DNA of 64,000 bases from Octopus sinensis (GCF_006345805.1 NC_043012.1:30628001-30692000); one strand, 5' to 3'. Shown: positions 13,492 through 28,424, counted from the stretch's first letter. The notes: generated from the letters alone by a model not told the origin. Program-made: numbers and translations.

Positions 13492-14823
13492 GGGGAATGA
13501 AAAGGTCAAAGGTGAACATGGATGGTTGGGAGGCCATGTTTCTGTTGATAACAATGCGAACAGGCGTGATTAAAACAAAACAATGATTCTTCATATAACA
13601 CCTCCCCCACACAGATGCATGTATGTATGTGTATACATTTACGTATATAAATATATCATTATGTATATATATATATATATATAACAGGCGATATGCATAT
13701 CTATCTCTCCTCTTTACTTTTCTACTTTCCCACGTATTCATACATATGCATGTGGGAGTGTTGTGTGTGTGTTGTGTACACATACTCATGCCTGTATATA
13801 AATAACGTCATACAAAAGTAGGTGTTCTTATATCCATACACAAATGAATAAAATTATGGGTGTATATATATATATATATATATCTGAGTGTCTATGTATG
13901 GATATATGTGTACGTGTATATTTGCCTATATGTTAGCATATGTACATGCCTGTGTATATGAAAAACATCTCTTGTGTGTGTGTGTGTGTGTGTATAAGCG
14001 GTGAAGGCACAACAGCCACGCTGTCTCTCCCCCCTCTCTCTGTCTCTGCCTGTCTGTCTCTCTCTCTCTCGAACAGTTAATACTCGCCTTATCAGAAAAC
14101 AAGTCGAAATACATCGAAAGTTTTGGCTCCCGTCAAGACATCATCTGGTTTTATAACAATACGGATGGTCCGGTATCGAATTGGACACAAGAATTCTTTC
14201 TGTCTCTCTTAAGGTCGCAAGGAAATCCGAATAGACATCCCCCACACACACACAACATGCATGCTGCACGCTCAAACATATGCATGTAATTTTTCCTACT
14301 CTAGCGTTTTCCCGCCTTGTAAATCGTTGGCTCACCACTCTCACCGGCGAGTCTATAAATATGGTTGTCTGTCGTAGTCCGAGAAAGACAGTTCTGAGCA
14401 ACCAGCACAAATGATTTATTTCATAATGGTCAAATGGTTGTGCAGATCATTAGCTCACTCCTTCCATCAAATTGATGTTGGATGTAGAGGTGCACGGTGT
14501 AGCAGAGGTCAGGTGTCGACGTGAGGGAAACACATTGACCACTAGGCCATACACTGTCACGCACACTCACACACACGCATTTACATTTAAAATGACATGA
14601 GACTTTCGTTTTTTCTTTTCTCTTCACTTTTACTTCTACCTTTCTGAAGAAGGACCTTAATATCGAAACGTCACTGACACTTCTACACTCTTAATCTTGC
14701 ATTGAACCATAAAGTAGTAATAACACTTTTTCTTTCCTTTGTCTTCCGTGTTCCATTGTTATTTGCGTTGCTAATTACTACACCTCTCTTCTGATATATT
14801 CTATATATATATATAGATATATA

Positions 14824-14900
<77 letters not shown>

Positions 14901-14906
14901 TCTATA

Positions 14907-14979
<73 letters not shown>

Positions 14980-16829
14980 TATATATAATTATATATATAT
15001 ATATATATAATTATATATATATATATATATATGTATATCCATGGAAGAGGTTTTTTGAGTAAGCACTTTCGCTGTCTTCAGCTTTTCAAGCACATGTGTT
15101 TATAAACAAAAGTTTTTTCTTGTTGTTATCCTTTCTCTCTCTCTTTTCCCCTCAATGTGTGTATGTGTGTGCATGTGGTTTATGCGTCTTTATGTCCCTA
15201 CACCTCTGCATGTTGAAGTAACAGTCGAAACAAAAGCAGTTTTATTGCTAAAATAAAGGATCATTTCATATTTACCCAGGACAGAAATAAGTTAAGCTAA
15301 AGCACTGAAGAATACAAGTATCTGCTGCTGTTTTATTCATTAGAATTACTGGCGTCAATTGTCCGCGTTTGTTGGAATTTATTTTAGATTTTTAAATTTT
15401 AATTTTAATTTATTTTTACTATTTTGGCTCCGTCTAAATTGGTAATTCTGAACTTTTATCAGCTTATCATTCTGCTTTTCAACGCCACATTTGATAAGAA
15501 AAAATGTAACTTTGTCTTCTGCTAGACAATATATTTTCTTACATAACATTCGTGGCATTTTTTATTTACATTGAAATTCTTAAAGTGTCTTAAAATTAAG
15601 AAAATAAATCTTGCAAAAACAATGCAAATAATTCCAGAAAATTTCCTTATCGGAAAAAACAAAAAAAAAACAAACAATTTCTACACATGAACCTCGAAAT
15701 TCATCTCAGGTATCCTGAAATCCCCGATATCTGCAGTAAAATCTGGGTAACATTTTGCTCGGATTAAGCATTATGTTATTATCCTTGCTTTCGTGAAGGC
15801 AAAAAGTTGACAGAATCGTTGATATGCCGGACAAAATACTTAGCGATATTTCTGAATTCAAATTTCGCTAAAGGTCGACTTTAACATTTATCCTTTCGCT
15901 AACTTTGCTGGCATTGTGCCAAAATTTGAAATCATTTCAGTTGTTGTAATATTATCTTAAATTACAGCAGCATCGATTACCTGGCATCGGTACCACCCAC
16001 ACCTTTTAAAATTAATCTCAGCAATTATATATTTTACAAAATAACACAGGCGACAAGTTCAGAAGAGAGGTGAATGCCGTGTAGAGAGAGAGTTGTTTAT
16101 GACCAATATCTACTCACTATCTCTATCCAGTCAATATCTGCACATTGAGAGTATTCATCCGGTCAGTCATCACACTATGTCTGTCTGTCTGTCTGTCGAC
16201 ACTCAGTGTCTCTCTCTGTCCAGTCAATAATTCCATACTCGTAATATCAGGATATCGAGTGGCCATATATAGACATACTGATATCTAGTCGATATCTGAC
16301 CCCTGTGTCATCAATCTAACCAGGCACTATTTATACACTGTGTCCGGATGGAATCAGTGAAATAATTAAGACATGAGCAATCAAGAGATGATGCCTGGTC
16401 AATGTCATGGCGATACTTATAGGGTGCGTGTATGTGTCCCTAATACATCTTGAGATTGAAAACATTCACATCCAGCTGACAGGAAAGATATTGAGTAATA
16501 GTAGTAGTATTAGTAGTATTAGTATTAGTAGTAGTAGTAGTAATAGGATGAGACAAACAGTCATGTAGTTAATTAAATATCTGATGCATTGCAAGATAAG
16601 ACATCTCAAAATAGAAACTAGGCTGCACTGAATATATGTGTATGTGTATCTATACATATGCAGATACACACACACACACACACATATGTATCTAAACATA
16701 CCATACAGACATTCGTATGTCTATACACATGCAGACATATTACCGTCTGGGACTCAGTGAATCTTTGGAAACTGCTGTTTGATTTCATGCCCCATGAACA
16801 CTTTAGTGGTTATGTATTTGTCAGCATAT

Positions 16830-16903
<74 letters not shown>

Positions 16904-17964
16904 TTGCGCGTGCTTATAAACACATGTAAAAAATAAATGCAAGTGTACCAAATCAGACGCCGACACTCGCAAACAGACAGACGGAGAGGCAGATAGAGGG
17001 AGAGGCAGATAGATAGAGGGAGATAGAATGGGAAAGGGAGAGAGAAGTCATAGAGACACACACACGTACACACACATATGAAGCTAGAGAGGCAGTGAGA
17101 AGCTGACCGGTAGAAACTGCTCTGATGTTTACATAACATGAGACACAGAAAACGTTCGAAATCTTTGCTGTATATATTTTCTCTTTTTTCTTGACATAAA
17201 ACTTCAATTTCTTCATTCCTCCTTTACTATTCCCAGCTTCCTTAGCTTTCCTCTTCTCTGCGAATACCTGGCAATTTTGGAATCGTAATTAAATAATCCC
17301 ACCTGTCTGCTACTATTTCCTAACGAGGAATGTGTGTACAATCTACAAAGTTGTTTAACGGGTGTTTGGTAGAGTCTTATATAACTAAGGATAGAACTGC
17401 ATTAGTTGGGTAGATTTGTGTGCCGCTGTGAATGTGCCGCACCCTGTTGGTTGTCGCTGTTATTTTTGTTGTCTAATCCCAGTTCAACTCTGACTGAGTA
17501 GATCTATGAACAAATGCAGTCCGAATACGACCACCTCTTCTTTTTCCTCTACGCAGGAAACCTAGGTCCACGTTATCTAACATGTTCCTCATTTTACAGA
17601 TTCTGTGTTTTTGTGAGGGAGAACATGGTCAGTTCAAACGGTTACATCCATGACACTCCTTGCCTCCTAAAAGAAAATTCGTAGTCCTATGTCTTGGTTA
17701 GAAATCATTATTTGATCACGTTCGTTGACATTCCAGGTTATTGATTGAATGGGTTTACTCTATGACTGTAGATTCGAGAACTGGACAATGGCACTTGTCC
17801 TTGTAGTCAGGGTGACAGTGGTTTTGTAGGAATTTCGCAATTAACTCTCGGAGGTCTCTCCAATTTTGTGAATTTATTTTTTGTTTGAATATTTTTGTTT
17901 CATTGTTTTTGCTATTTTCCCTATTTATAGGCTTTTTTTGTTAATCCCGCATTGCCTCGTGGCT

Positions 17965-18215
17965 AATTAATCATTATCATTCCCAAGTTTTCTTTCGTAC
18001 TTTCATGATCGCAGCTTTGTCTGCCTTGGATAGACGGAGTGGTTTGTTTTTGGTGTTGTTATTGTATTTCTTTGTGCTATATTAAAAGTGCTCTACGTAT
18101 GGTGTGTGCGTTACCTAGCAGTGTCATTTTCTGTATAGATGGACATCTGCAATTTTGGTAATGTCTTTATATTCTTGGCTTTTGGTGATAGCCGCAAAAC
18201 CCATTATACACGGAA
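17965..18215 (-). mobile_element. RLE-type (R4/Dong-like) non-LTR retrotransposon 3' end, degraded
   Basis: Minus-strand IQKMTLLGNAHTIRRALLI*. The 3' UTR ccaaggcagacaaagctgcg is similar to the 63710 copy, and there is a decayed AAT tail. Confidence 0.7.
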
Positions 18216-19199
18216 ATGTTCGTTTCTATATCAAATCATTTCATTTTTTAAAAAGAATATACACTTCTGCATTCATAGTATTTAAAATTATCCAATCACC
18301 AAAGAACATGAGCAAACCATATGTTATGATTTGGAGTGTTCCATAGACTAAAAATGGCGGTTCCACATGTGCTCATTTAACTTTTTTAATTCTAGGTCAG
18401 GGCTGATTCGAGTAAGCCATTTTTTTGCTATTTGACAAACTTTCTGCTGGTTCCAACCATTTTCATATATTGGTATTAGTGGAATATTCATTTGTGTCTC
18501 GTTCCACAATTGCATGCTGGTAGGTTGTTTGTAGAAACTCTAAAGGAATCTTCGGATCTTTAGTTCAAATACCACAAGATCCATACTCAAGTCAATTATA
18601 TCCATTATATCCTTTTAATAGATCTACGTCCTTATTAGTGATAGGCAAAATATTGATGTATAGCTAGGTTAATCTACGATACTTTAATCTACGTTAATCT
18701 ACGTTTTATCAACCAGAAAAAGATAAAAGCCAAAGTGGGCATCAACAAAATTTGAACTGACAACACCGAGATTTGAACCAAATTCAACAGTTCCTTGTAC
18801 AATTTTGGGATCGATAAAATAAATACTAGTAAAATAATGAGAGGACCGTGTTGATATAATTACTAAATCTTTTCCAGAATTTGTGATTCATTATCAAAGT
18901 TTAAAACAAGTCATAACTAATTGATACAGATGTCATACGTCTACAAAGACATAACAACTCGATAACACCGGCTTATGATGTTTACTAAGTATAACTGCTT
19001 CCTGCGTCTGGAAATAAAATCGTTACCAATAACTATCTACCGTCTGCTGCTGCTCTGTTTAGACATTCCTTGTTTGTCAGCGTCATTGTTGTTTTTATCT
19101 TGGGAGTATCTTAATTATGCAGACCGATAGTTAAAGATATTCCAACTAATTGTATATCACGGGCTACATTATCCAATATATTGTCCTTCCTTTTCAAAT

Positions 19200-19610
19200 T
19201 GATAGAGTCATCACTTAGACGCGTCATCGTTGTCTCGACGTATCGTCTGCAAATGGATGAGACATTACTCGGTGTAACGTCTGCCAATATGTAAGAAACA
19301 GCTAGTAGATGGATCTTTGCAAAAATGTCAGACATATTTTGGTCGAATGTTAAACAACTGGCAAGACACAACTAGTCGATCAATCATCTGAACATGTTTG
19401 ATATTACTAAATGAAACGTCAGTCAATGTGTAAGACACAAACCGATGTATCATCTGCAAGTATGTTAGACATTACTTGGTGGAATGTCTACCAATGTGTG
19501 AGACATAACTAATCCAGGCATAGTATCACAATGAGTTAGGCATTACTTAGTCAAATGTCAGACAATGTATAAGACGTAACTAGTCGATAGATCGTCTGCT
19601 CACATAATTT
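19200..19610. repeat. Degenerate tandem repeat with a unit of about 70 bp, 5-6 copies
   Basis: Unit starts (agacattact-like) at 19260, 19330, 19399, 19467 and 19538. Confidence 0.8.
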
Positions 19611-20796
19611 CATACAAGTTAGTCTAAGTCGGAAGAACGATAACCATGTTATTTCAAGACAGACTTTCCTAGTCCGGTGAGATGATGACCATCCTAACAG
19701 TAATCAAGACTATTCTAAGGGAATCACGTCTTTTCTTCCTCCATTAACAAATATGTCTTTCTTGTATGTTTAAGACGTTAACAGATTGCGATTTGAGGGG
19801 TATGCGGCTGCTATTTCTAGCGGATCGAGTGACCACATAGAGGCTGCATTGACACAACGCTACGTATAATGTGCTGCTATTGTCACCTGTCACGTGCCTC
19901 TGCTGTATAGCCTGGAGAGGAAAGGTAGCTAGGATCGAATGACACCTTTTACCTTATTAAGATACAGCACAGCTAAAACATCCACACCGCTGCTATTGAC
20001 ACCACCACCAACACCACCACCACTACCACCACTACCGCTATCATCACCATCATCATCATCGAAGCCACCACCGCCACCATCACAGGCCTCCTCCTTAATA
20101 AGTCTAATGCGAAAACATCGGCGGATGTGTCTTGGTGCATGAAGTATGCGTGTGGGAGTGTAGAGGCGTGTATGCGTGTGTATGTGTTGGCGCGCGCGTG
20201 TCGCTCTGCCCACGTTCATAAGTAATTTTACCATCTGTCTTATGCCTCAAACTGAACATTTCTCTCTCCCCCTCTCTCTCCGCTTCTTTCACACTCTCAC
20301 TCTCTCTCCTCTTCCTCTATACATACTCTTCTTCCCCCTCTCTTTCCCCCCCTCTCTCTCTGTATCTCTTCGTCTCATTTTTTTCATTTCCAATTGTCAT
20401 TTATTTTTTCATTCTGATCATATTATTCGCTCTCTTTCCTCCATCATCACTGCCACCACCACCACCAAAATCAACATCCTCCTCCTCCTCCTCATCTTCT
20501 CCAATACCCTAACCCTCACCATCGACATTCCCCTTCCACTCCCATCTTCATCGGCACCAAACTGTGAACGCCAGTCTATCTAAAGCTAACACTCCCAGAT
20601 GATCTGCTTTCAATTTCCATAGACAGAGACAGCTTAGTGAACAGATGTAATATGGATTTCAATGTACATCGCCTCCTCCCCACCCAATCAACAAGCTGTG
20701 TACGCACCTCTACCCTGGACCACCCCAACCGATCAATTTACTTGTCCTTTTTTCGTCATCGCATCTGTGTACGCACCTTCATCTACCCATCCATCC

Positions 20797-20861
<65 letters not shown>

Positions 20862-20864
20862 CCC

Positions 20865-20941
<77 letters not shown>

Positions 20942-20950
20942 CCTATCTAC

Positions 20951-20984
<34 letters not shown>

Positions 20985-21082
20985 GTCTGTCTGTCTCTGT
21001 ATATACATACACACTAGCGCGCGCACACATACACACATTCACATGTACTTGCTTATCAACAGAGAAATACAACAATATACAT

Positions 21083-21116
<34 letters not shown>

Positions 21117-21118
21117 TT

Positions 21119-21176
<58 letters not shown>

Positions 21177-21360
21177 AGATAGATAGAGAAAGAGATAGAG
21201 ATGAAGGAAAGAGAGATAACGACAGCAGAAAGAAACAAGTAGACAGAGAGAAGCTATTCCGAATTCCTTTCTCATAGTTTGAGTTTTACGCAACAGCAAT
21301 CGTCAGGCGTGTATGTATCCTTAAATCCTTAAAAATGTTTTAGCCCGAAGGCCGCGTTTC

Positions 21361-21503
21361 AATCATTTGACTGCAGCCATGCTGGAGCACCGCGCTTAGT
21401 CGAACAAATCGACTCCAGGACTTATTCTTTGTTAGCCTAGTACTTATTCTATCGGGGACGTAAACACACCATCATCAATTGTCAAGCGATGTTGGAGAGA
21501 CAA

Positions 21504-21535
<32 letters not shown>

Positions 21536-21672
21536 GACGGGCTTCTTTCAGTTTCCGTCTACCAGATACACTCACAGATACACCCGAGGCTATAGAAGAC
21601 ACTTGCCCAAGGTGCCACGCAGTGGGACTGAACCCGGAACCGTGTGGTTCGTAAGCAAGCTACTTACCACAT
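21361..21672 (-). mobile_element. SINE family A (tRNA head, CORE-like segment, internal microsatellite)
   Basis: Reverse complement of tggtaagtagcttgct...ggttcagtcccactgcgtggcaccttgggcaagtgtcttc, with internal deletions. Confidence 0.9.
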
Positions 21673-22535
21673 ACATATATATGTGTGTATATATGCATGT
21701 ATAACTATATATATATGTATATATATACAAAAATGGTTCTTGAAAAGGTGAGAAAGCTGGCGGTGCCCCAGCAAGGCCACAGCCTTTGGGCTGAAACGCA
21801 AAAATGAATAAAGAATATATATCATCGTAATTATTATCTTTTTAAAGACAAATGCAACCAATAATGTGTGGTAATTATTGGAGATAATTTCGTTAAAATT
21901 ACTTAGGCTTTAGTCAGTGGCATTTTGTGGCAGAAACATTCCAGAGTCTCAGATTAGTGTCTCATTTCATAACTAGTGAGGTTATCAAAGCTGAAATTCC
22001 AATGCCAAAACACTTTATTGACCCAAGCCACCGAAAAGCTAACCACTAGATGTAGTTAAACTCCAAGTTGGGTCTGATTCGTGAAACTCACGATTAAAAT
22101 GTTCCATCATTTAACACCTCACCCGATTGTTGTCTTTTGGAGCGAATGTGCCTAACGAACGTTGGTCGTGATTTCGATTTTCCTTCTGCGGAAGAGCGTT
22201 ACGTCCTTGAGAGCAAGGCACTTCATTTTAATATTGTTCCAGTACATTCAGCTGACAATATGTATCAGAAGCAGCTGTAAGTTAAGTTCTAAAAAGGACT
22301 GGCGTCTCGACCAGGAGGTGGAGGTCTTGTAATTTCAGCTCGGAAACTTTGGATAAAATCCGTCATAAAGAGACCGTAGGCTCAAAGAAGTTGAAGAATC
22401 GTCTTTTTGTCTATATTTCCAACCGTCTTTTGTATATATATCCAACATTTTATCAAATCTCTCTTTCTTCTTTGAAGTTTGGTAGGAAAGGAGTGAATGT
22501 GAGGGAAAACCAACTGTTTTTTCTTGCACGACGAT

Positions 22536-22588
22536 TGACGTAAGGGCTTCTCCCATTGGTTAATCTCAGTGTTTGCTGTCATGGCGAC
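22536..22588. promoter_or_regulatory. Possible promoter motif cluster (CRE-like, CCAAT, RFX X-box-like)
   Basis: TGACGTAA 22536-43, ATTGG 22555-59 and GCTGTCATGGCGAC 22575-88, in non-repetitive-looking DNA. Motif match only. Confidence 0.25.
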
Positions 22589-23588
22589 AGTTCGTGAAAT
22601 CTCATCCAAACAAATATTTTACAAACCTGTGCCTCTCATAATCATTTTTACTGTTTTATTTGTTCCAGTTATCGATCTGCCACCATACTATTTATTGAGT
22701 TGTTTATTGTTGATTACTATTGTTTATTTGTTTTTTTAACCTAAATTCTATTTCGTACCGCCTTGATGATCGTTTTTCAGCTTCCAGACAATGAAAATAT
22801 TATGACTACATTATGCGCTGTCAATACATTTTCTAGAATAAATGGGTTATTCAAAAAGATATCTTGAAAAACACTAAGAGAAGGTTTGAGAGGAAATTAG
22901 CAGCTATTTCTAGCAGGTGGCTCGACACTTTATGAGCCTCTGCATTGACTTATTTCATTTCAATTTGAATTCGTTTTTGGTCCATGGAAGCAACAGGTAT
23001 TTAACGACAAATACAAACCAGACTTGATGACTATTTAAACAAAACTGCTTTGTCTGTTTAGAGCAGGGGTCGACAATGTGTTCAGTATTAGCCACTGGAG
23101 ATTCTTTCTGCTTCTCCAAGGAATCGAGGAACATGAAGCATTAAGACAATATCACGGCGGAACTATTATTGTTGTTTATCAATTTTTTACAGTCAACAAT
23201 GACACCCCACACCGCAATCCAAGGAACTGTTGCTTTTAGATCAAGACATTTTTAGAATTAATTATTCGTAGGGTGTTCAGATAGTATTTGTAATACGGGT
23301 CGACAATGAGACAAACATTAAGATAAAATTCCAAGGGAAATTATTTGTTTGTCAGAGAAGAAAATAAGGAGATGCAACTGGTTTTTATGATACTATAAAG
23401 GTAAGTGAATGTGGGAAAGACTTTAAGGGACATCTTCTAGATTGGTAGAATATAGTTGAGACCTAATGAAAAATGGATAATTTTACAATTTTGAATGAAT
23501 AAGTTTTATGTTGTTGGGAGAAGTAATAAAAAAACCAAATGAGATCAAGGGGCGAAATTAAATAAAACAACAGCTTTTTTTATTTCAG

Positions 23589-23664
<76 letters not shown>

Positions 23665-23955
23665 TGTATGTACGCACGTATGTATGTACATATGTAATTA
23701 TCTATATCTATATATGTATATATATTTATGTATATATATGTATACATGTATGAATGAATGAATGTATGTACGTATGTATGTATATATGCATGTATAGGCG
23801 TGTGTGTATGTGATTTAATGTATGTATGTATGTATGTGCTTCGTCGCTGCCCACGAGAACGAGATATACCTCCAACAGGAAAACGGAACTGAATCCACTC
23901 CTTTAGAAGATAAGATTGTATATCTGGGATAACTGTGCTAATAAAATTATATATA

Positions 23956-24033
<78 letters not shown>

Positions 24034-24429
24034 CTATGTATGCATACATATATTTATATATACATACATATATACGCATATTTATATACGTAGACAAACA
24101 TTTGTATACGTACACATATACATATAGCAATTTAGTGCCATCAATCGAGGTGGATTTTGAGTTTCACAGCATTAATATCCGCCACTATACAAGACACTGA
24201 CCACCGCCGCCCTCAGACACCACCACTGCCACTTTCATCACTTCTACAAACATCATCATCATAATACCCCCACCCCACGAGGTGAACACAATTCCATTGT
24301 TTTATTTATATACCCGCCATTCATACCAGCTTTTTTGCCAACTCATAAGCGATTAAAACGTGCGTGTGCACACACACACACACACACGCATACACACGCA
24401 TACACAAGTACGCACACTCTACTTCTGTT

Positions 24430-24466
<37 letters not shown>

Positions 24467-24564
24467 ATATATATAGATAGATATAGATATAGATATATAT
24501 ATACACACACATTGATATGTATACACACACACACACACACCACACACACACATTGATATATATA

Positions 24565-24766
24565 TTTAGGGTGAGTTTACGAAAAAGACAAAAGACGAAG
24601 ACAGGTGGTGTACAAAACAAACAGATGTATTAGTATAACGCTCAGGAATAGAAAAGTCTTTTACGTTTCGAGCCTACGCTCTTCTACAGAAAGGGACACA
24701 GAAAAAACAAGGAGAGAAAAAAAGGAGAGAAAAAATGTGTGTAGTGGCTAACGATCTATCATGGCG
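24565..24766 (-). mobile_element. Penelope-like remnant with a variant hammerhead motif
   Basis: Minus strand CUUU / CUGUAGA / A / GAGC GUAG GCUC / GAAAC GUA / AAAG at 24658-24693, flanked by microsatellite. Confidence 0.55.
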
Positions 24767-25545
24767 TATAAACACATACTCATGATACTTGTATGCATCT
24801 ATGTATGATCATTCATTCATTTCTAGTTCCATTCGCGCATCCATTGTTTTGTTGAAAATTTTCCCAGTCATCGCAGATTTTAATAGTAAAATAAAGAAAT
24901 TTCACAACAAATACGATATTTCTCCGGTTCCCCACACACATGCATGCAAAAGCTATAGCCCCCCCCCATCCCCTGTAGGTCATTCTTCTTTGTTATCATA
25001 ACAATAAATTATTTGGTTTGGATTTTTGTAAGAAGTTAACCAGATTCTCAGATTTGGAACAGCTTAGAAAAGCAGAGAAATATTGACCAAATAGTACGTT
25101 ACCATTCTTTTTTAACTAAGAAAGATTGTCGATTACACACACAATTACACACACACACGTAATGTGTGGTAGATATATGTAGATCTTGTTACACTAGATC
25201 TAATTTACCGACGGGATAGCCACGGCCAGAATACATTTAGTCCAGCCGGGACTGAAACCGAGGACCCCCCCCGCCAACTACTACTAGTGTTTGAATCCTG
25301 TGCTTTGCCTGTTGATCCTTTGCTATGACTTAAATCATAGCTTGATCCTGTGTCTTATCTGTGTGAACAGATTCCAAACAAGTGCTGCCCTCTATATTAA
25401 GTTTGTATCAATGATTTCGAAATAAATTTCCAAATGAATCAATTTGAAATGATATTTGTTGCCATTTCTTCGTTAAGAACTTGTTTGGTTTTAGTATTTT
25501 TTTACATTTCTTTCTTTCAATCTTTCTTTCTTTCTTTCTTTCTTT

Positions 25546-25577
<32 letters not shown>

Positions 25578-25783
25578 TCACACAGACGCACACGAAAATG
25601 ATTTTTAAAAAAGAAATCCATAAACTTTTGCAGACACGTAAAAATCTTCAATTAAACGACCAAATATTCATATATTAGGATTTAATAAAATGGTGAACAT
25701 CCTCAATACTGTGAGAAGAGAGAGAGAGAGAGAGAGGGAGAAAGAGAGAAACAGATAGACAGACAGGCTGATAGACAAGCAGG

Positions 25784-25815
<32 letters not shown>

Positions 25816-27011
25816 TAGACAGTAATATATATATAATTCTTCACTGCATCCCGACCCGCAAAAGAGACCCCCAAATCACGAATCACCGCCAAGAATTAAA
25901 AGAGGCAAACAGAGGATGTAAAAATGTTTTCTCTTAGAAGTATCCCCCTCACCACCACTGTCGCGCTGTCATTCCAATATTAGTTTCCTTCGATGAATGT
26001 CTAAAACTGCTGCAATTTCGGAAAAGTAAGAATTGTTATTTTTCGGATTGTTCAGCCCTAGATCAGCCGTGACTTCACAGATCAAAGACGTTACGGTCGT
26101 GACAATCCTGTCTTATTTTTGGGAGCCAGACAATCATATATCTAATACTACATTAACCAACACAGTTATCAACTGTCATCTTTTAAAGTTTGGTAATTCT
26201 TGGGCGATTTTGGTGTGATTTCTCCTGATTTTAAGGCGACAACATAAATGGCTGACTCACTTGTTGAAGAAAAGAAAATGTGTTTGTGAATGAAAACTTC
26301 TCTGTCAATTTTACCGATGATTTAAATCCATTTCGTCAAGATTATCGATGATTTAAACACAGATTACAAACATGTTTTGAGTTGCGGCTCTCTAACGAGA
26401 TTCAATCCGGCTCAAACAGACGCGACACAACAAACGAAAGCGTTGTTTCTCACTCGCCACAAAATCCAGATACGCCATTTTCATTCTGCAACGTTTCTTC
26501 TCTTCTGTTTGGTTACTGCACTAGTTATTGTTGCATAACTCCTAAGTCGGTTTTAATTGAGTAGAGACAATGAATAAAGATTCTCCAGCCAAAATTCGAC
26601 CAATTTGATTCTTTTTGGATTGTATTCTTAGTAATTTTAAATACATGTGTCCAGAACGACAGCTTAAAATATTCCAACTTCTTGGCTTTCGTTTTTGCTT
26701 TTGTTTTAGACAGCAAGAAGAGATAACAAGTTTAAAAGTAGATTTAGAAGAAAATATTTGCGGAAACAAGTAGAGAATCCATTATTGACTTTGATAGATT
26801 TCACAAACAATCACTAAAAATGAATCGTATTTATCATTAATGAAGGTAGAAAAGGGATGTTGTGAGTGAATGCCGTTCCACTTAGGATGAAGAGAAAAAA
26901 AAAATATATACTTCATTTTTTTTTATATATAAGTAATAACGATTATACATATATACACATAAGCACACATACATACATATAAATATATGAGTATATATAT
27001 AATTATATGAG

Positions 27012-27051
<40 letters not shown>

Positions 27052-27923
27052 TAAATATATGAGAATATATATAATTATATATATATATATACACATACAT
27101 ATATGTAGCTATGTATATATTTTATATGATTAGTAATTAGCAATTTAAAAATGAAATGGTTTTGGTACTTACAGTTTTGTTTTAAATATGAAATAAAGTT
27201 TAAAACTATTTTATGGAGATGGTGATAAATATGTTTTGTTGTTGTTGTTGCTGTAGTAGATGTTATTGTTGGCTAAGTAACCACTCTGCCAAGCTGGTCT
27301 GCTACGATAGATACTTAGAACTAAAGTCTAAGATAATTCTTTGGCCGTCTTTGAAAATTGCTTCAAAATATTGAGAGCTAAAAATAGATCTTATTAACAG
27401 CTTCTCTTCCTCCAATAAGAATCCAGGAAATTATTATTGGGGCACTATCTCCGCAATTGGAAGTAAAAACACCCTTAATCATTTTCTCTACCTTCACACC
27501 CCAACCCTTTCACTTCTTTCTTCCTCTCTCTCTCTTTCTCTCTCTCTCTCACTCTCTTTCTCATTTTAATCTCCCACCCACTTTTACTTCATTATTTAAC
27601 ACTAGACATCATCTCTCCCTCTTCCTTTCTCTTTCTCTCTTTTGCTTTTTTTTTTAATTTGGTCTCATGTCTCTCTGTATGTATGTCTGTGCCATGTATA
27701 CGGGTGTGTTTGTAAGAGGGTGTCTGTATGTAGAAATGTGTTTTGTTTGTGCCTGTTTATACCTGTGTATGGGTGCTGGTCTCTGAGTGTATGTGTGTGT
27801 GTCTGTGTGTGCGAGTGTTTGCGTGTGTGGGGGTGTGACTGTGTTTGTGTGCATGTCTGCGAATAGGCGTGAATGTGTCTGAATGTGTGTGTATGTATGT
27901 ATCATGTATCTGTGCGTGAGAGA

Positions 27924-27961
<38 letters not shown>

Positions 27962-28424
27962 TGTGTGTGTGTGTTTGTGTACGTGTGTGAGGGAATGTAT
28001 GAATGTATCTATGTATGAATATATATGTGTTTTGTTAGTGGCTGCTTGTACCTGATTATGTGTGCTGGTCTGTAATAGGTGTGTGTGTGTGTGTGTTATT
28101 CAATATATGAGAGCAGGCCAGGAAGGAGGCGAGGAGGGGAGGATGAGGTGGGGCGTTCAGTTCTTAATTTTCATTTCGCTCTCCTTTATTAATAATTCCA
28201 AAGCTAATAAAAAGACCAATGAAATAGGGAGAGGGGGAGGTGTCAGTGTTTGGATATGCATGCGTTTCCGCACAAACACTTTCGCAAATGCACAACCCTC
28301 ATATATATATATATATATATATATTATAATATATATATAATATAATATATATAATAGATAGATATATAATTACACATACAGAAGATACACTGCATATAAA
28401 TATTTACATATGTATGTATGTATT

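Noticed and set aside
19200-19610. CRISPR-like periodicity
   Set aside because: Whole units are homologous, with no invariant repeat and unique spacer. The context is eukaryotic and there are no cas genes.
23356-23400. Strong plus-strand donors (AAG|GTAAGT at 23400, AAG|GTGAGT at 33183)
   Set aside because: The 23356-23400 segment has stops in all three frames and the 33183 frame has no good acceptor. They could be UTR or lncRNA exons but this cannot be supported from sequence alone.
25240-25265. tRNA-like T-arm sequence, plus the A/B boxes of the SINE heads
   Set aside because: No complete cloverleaf is present; these are SINE-derived promoter remnants.
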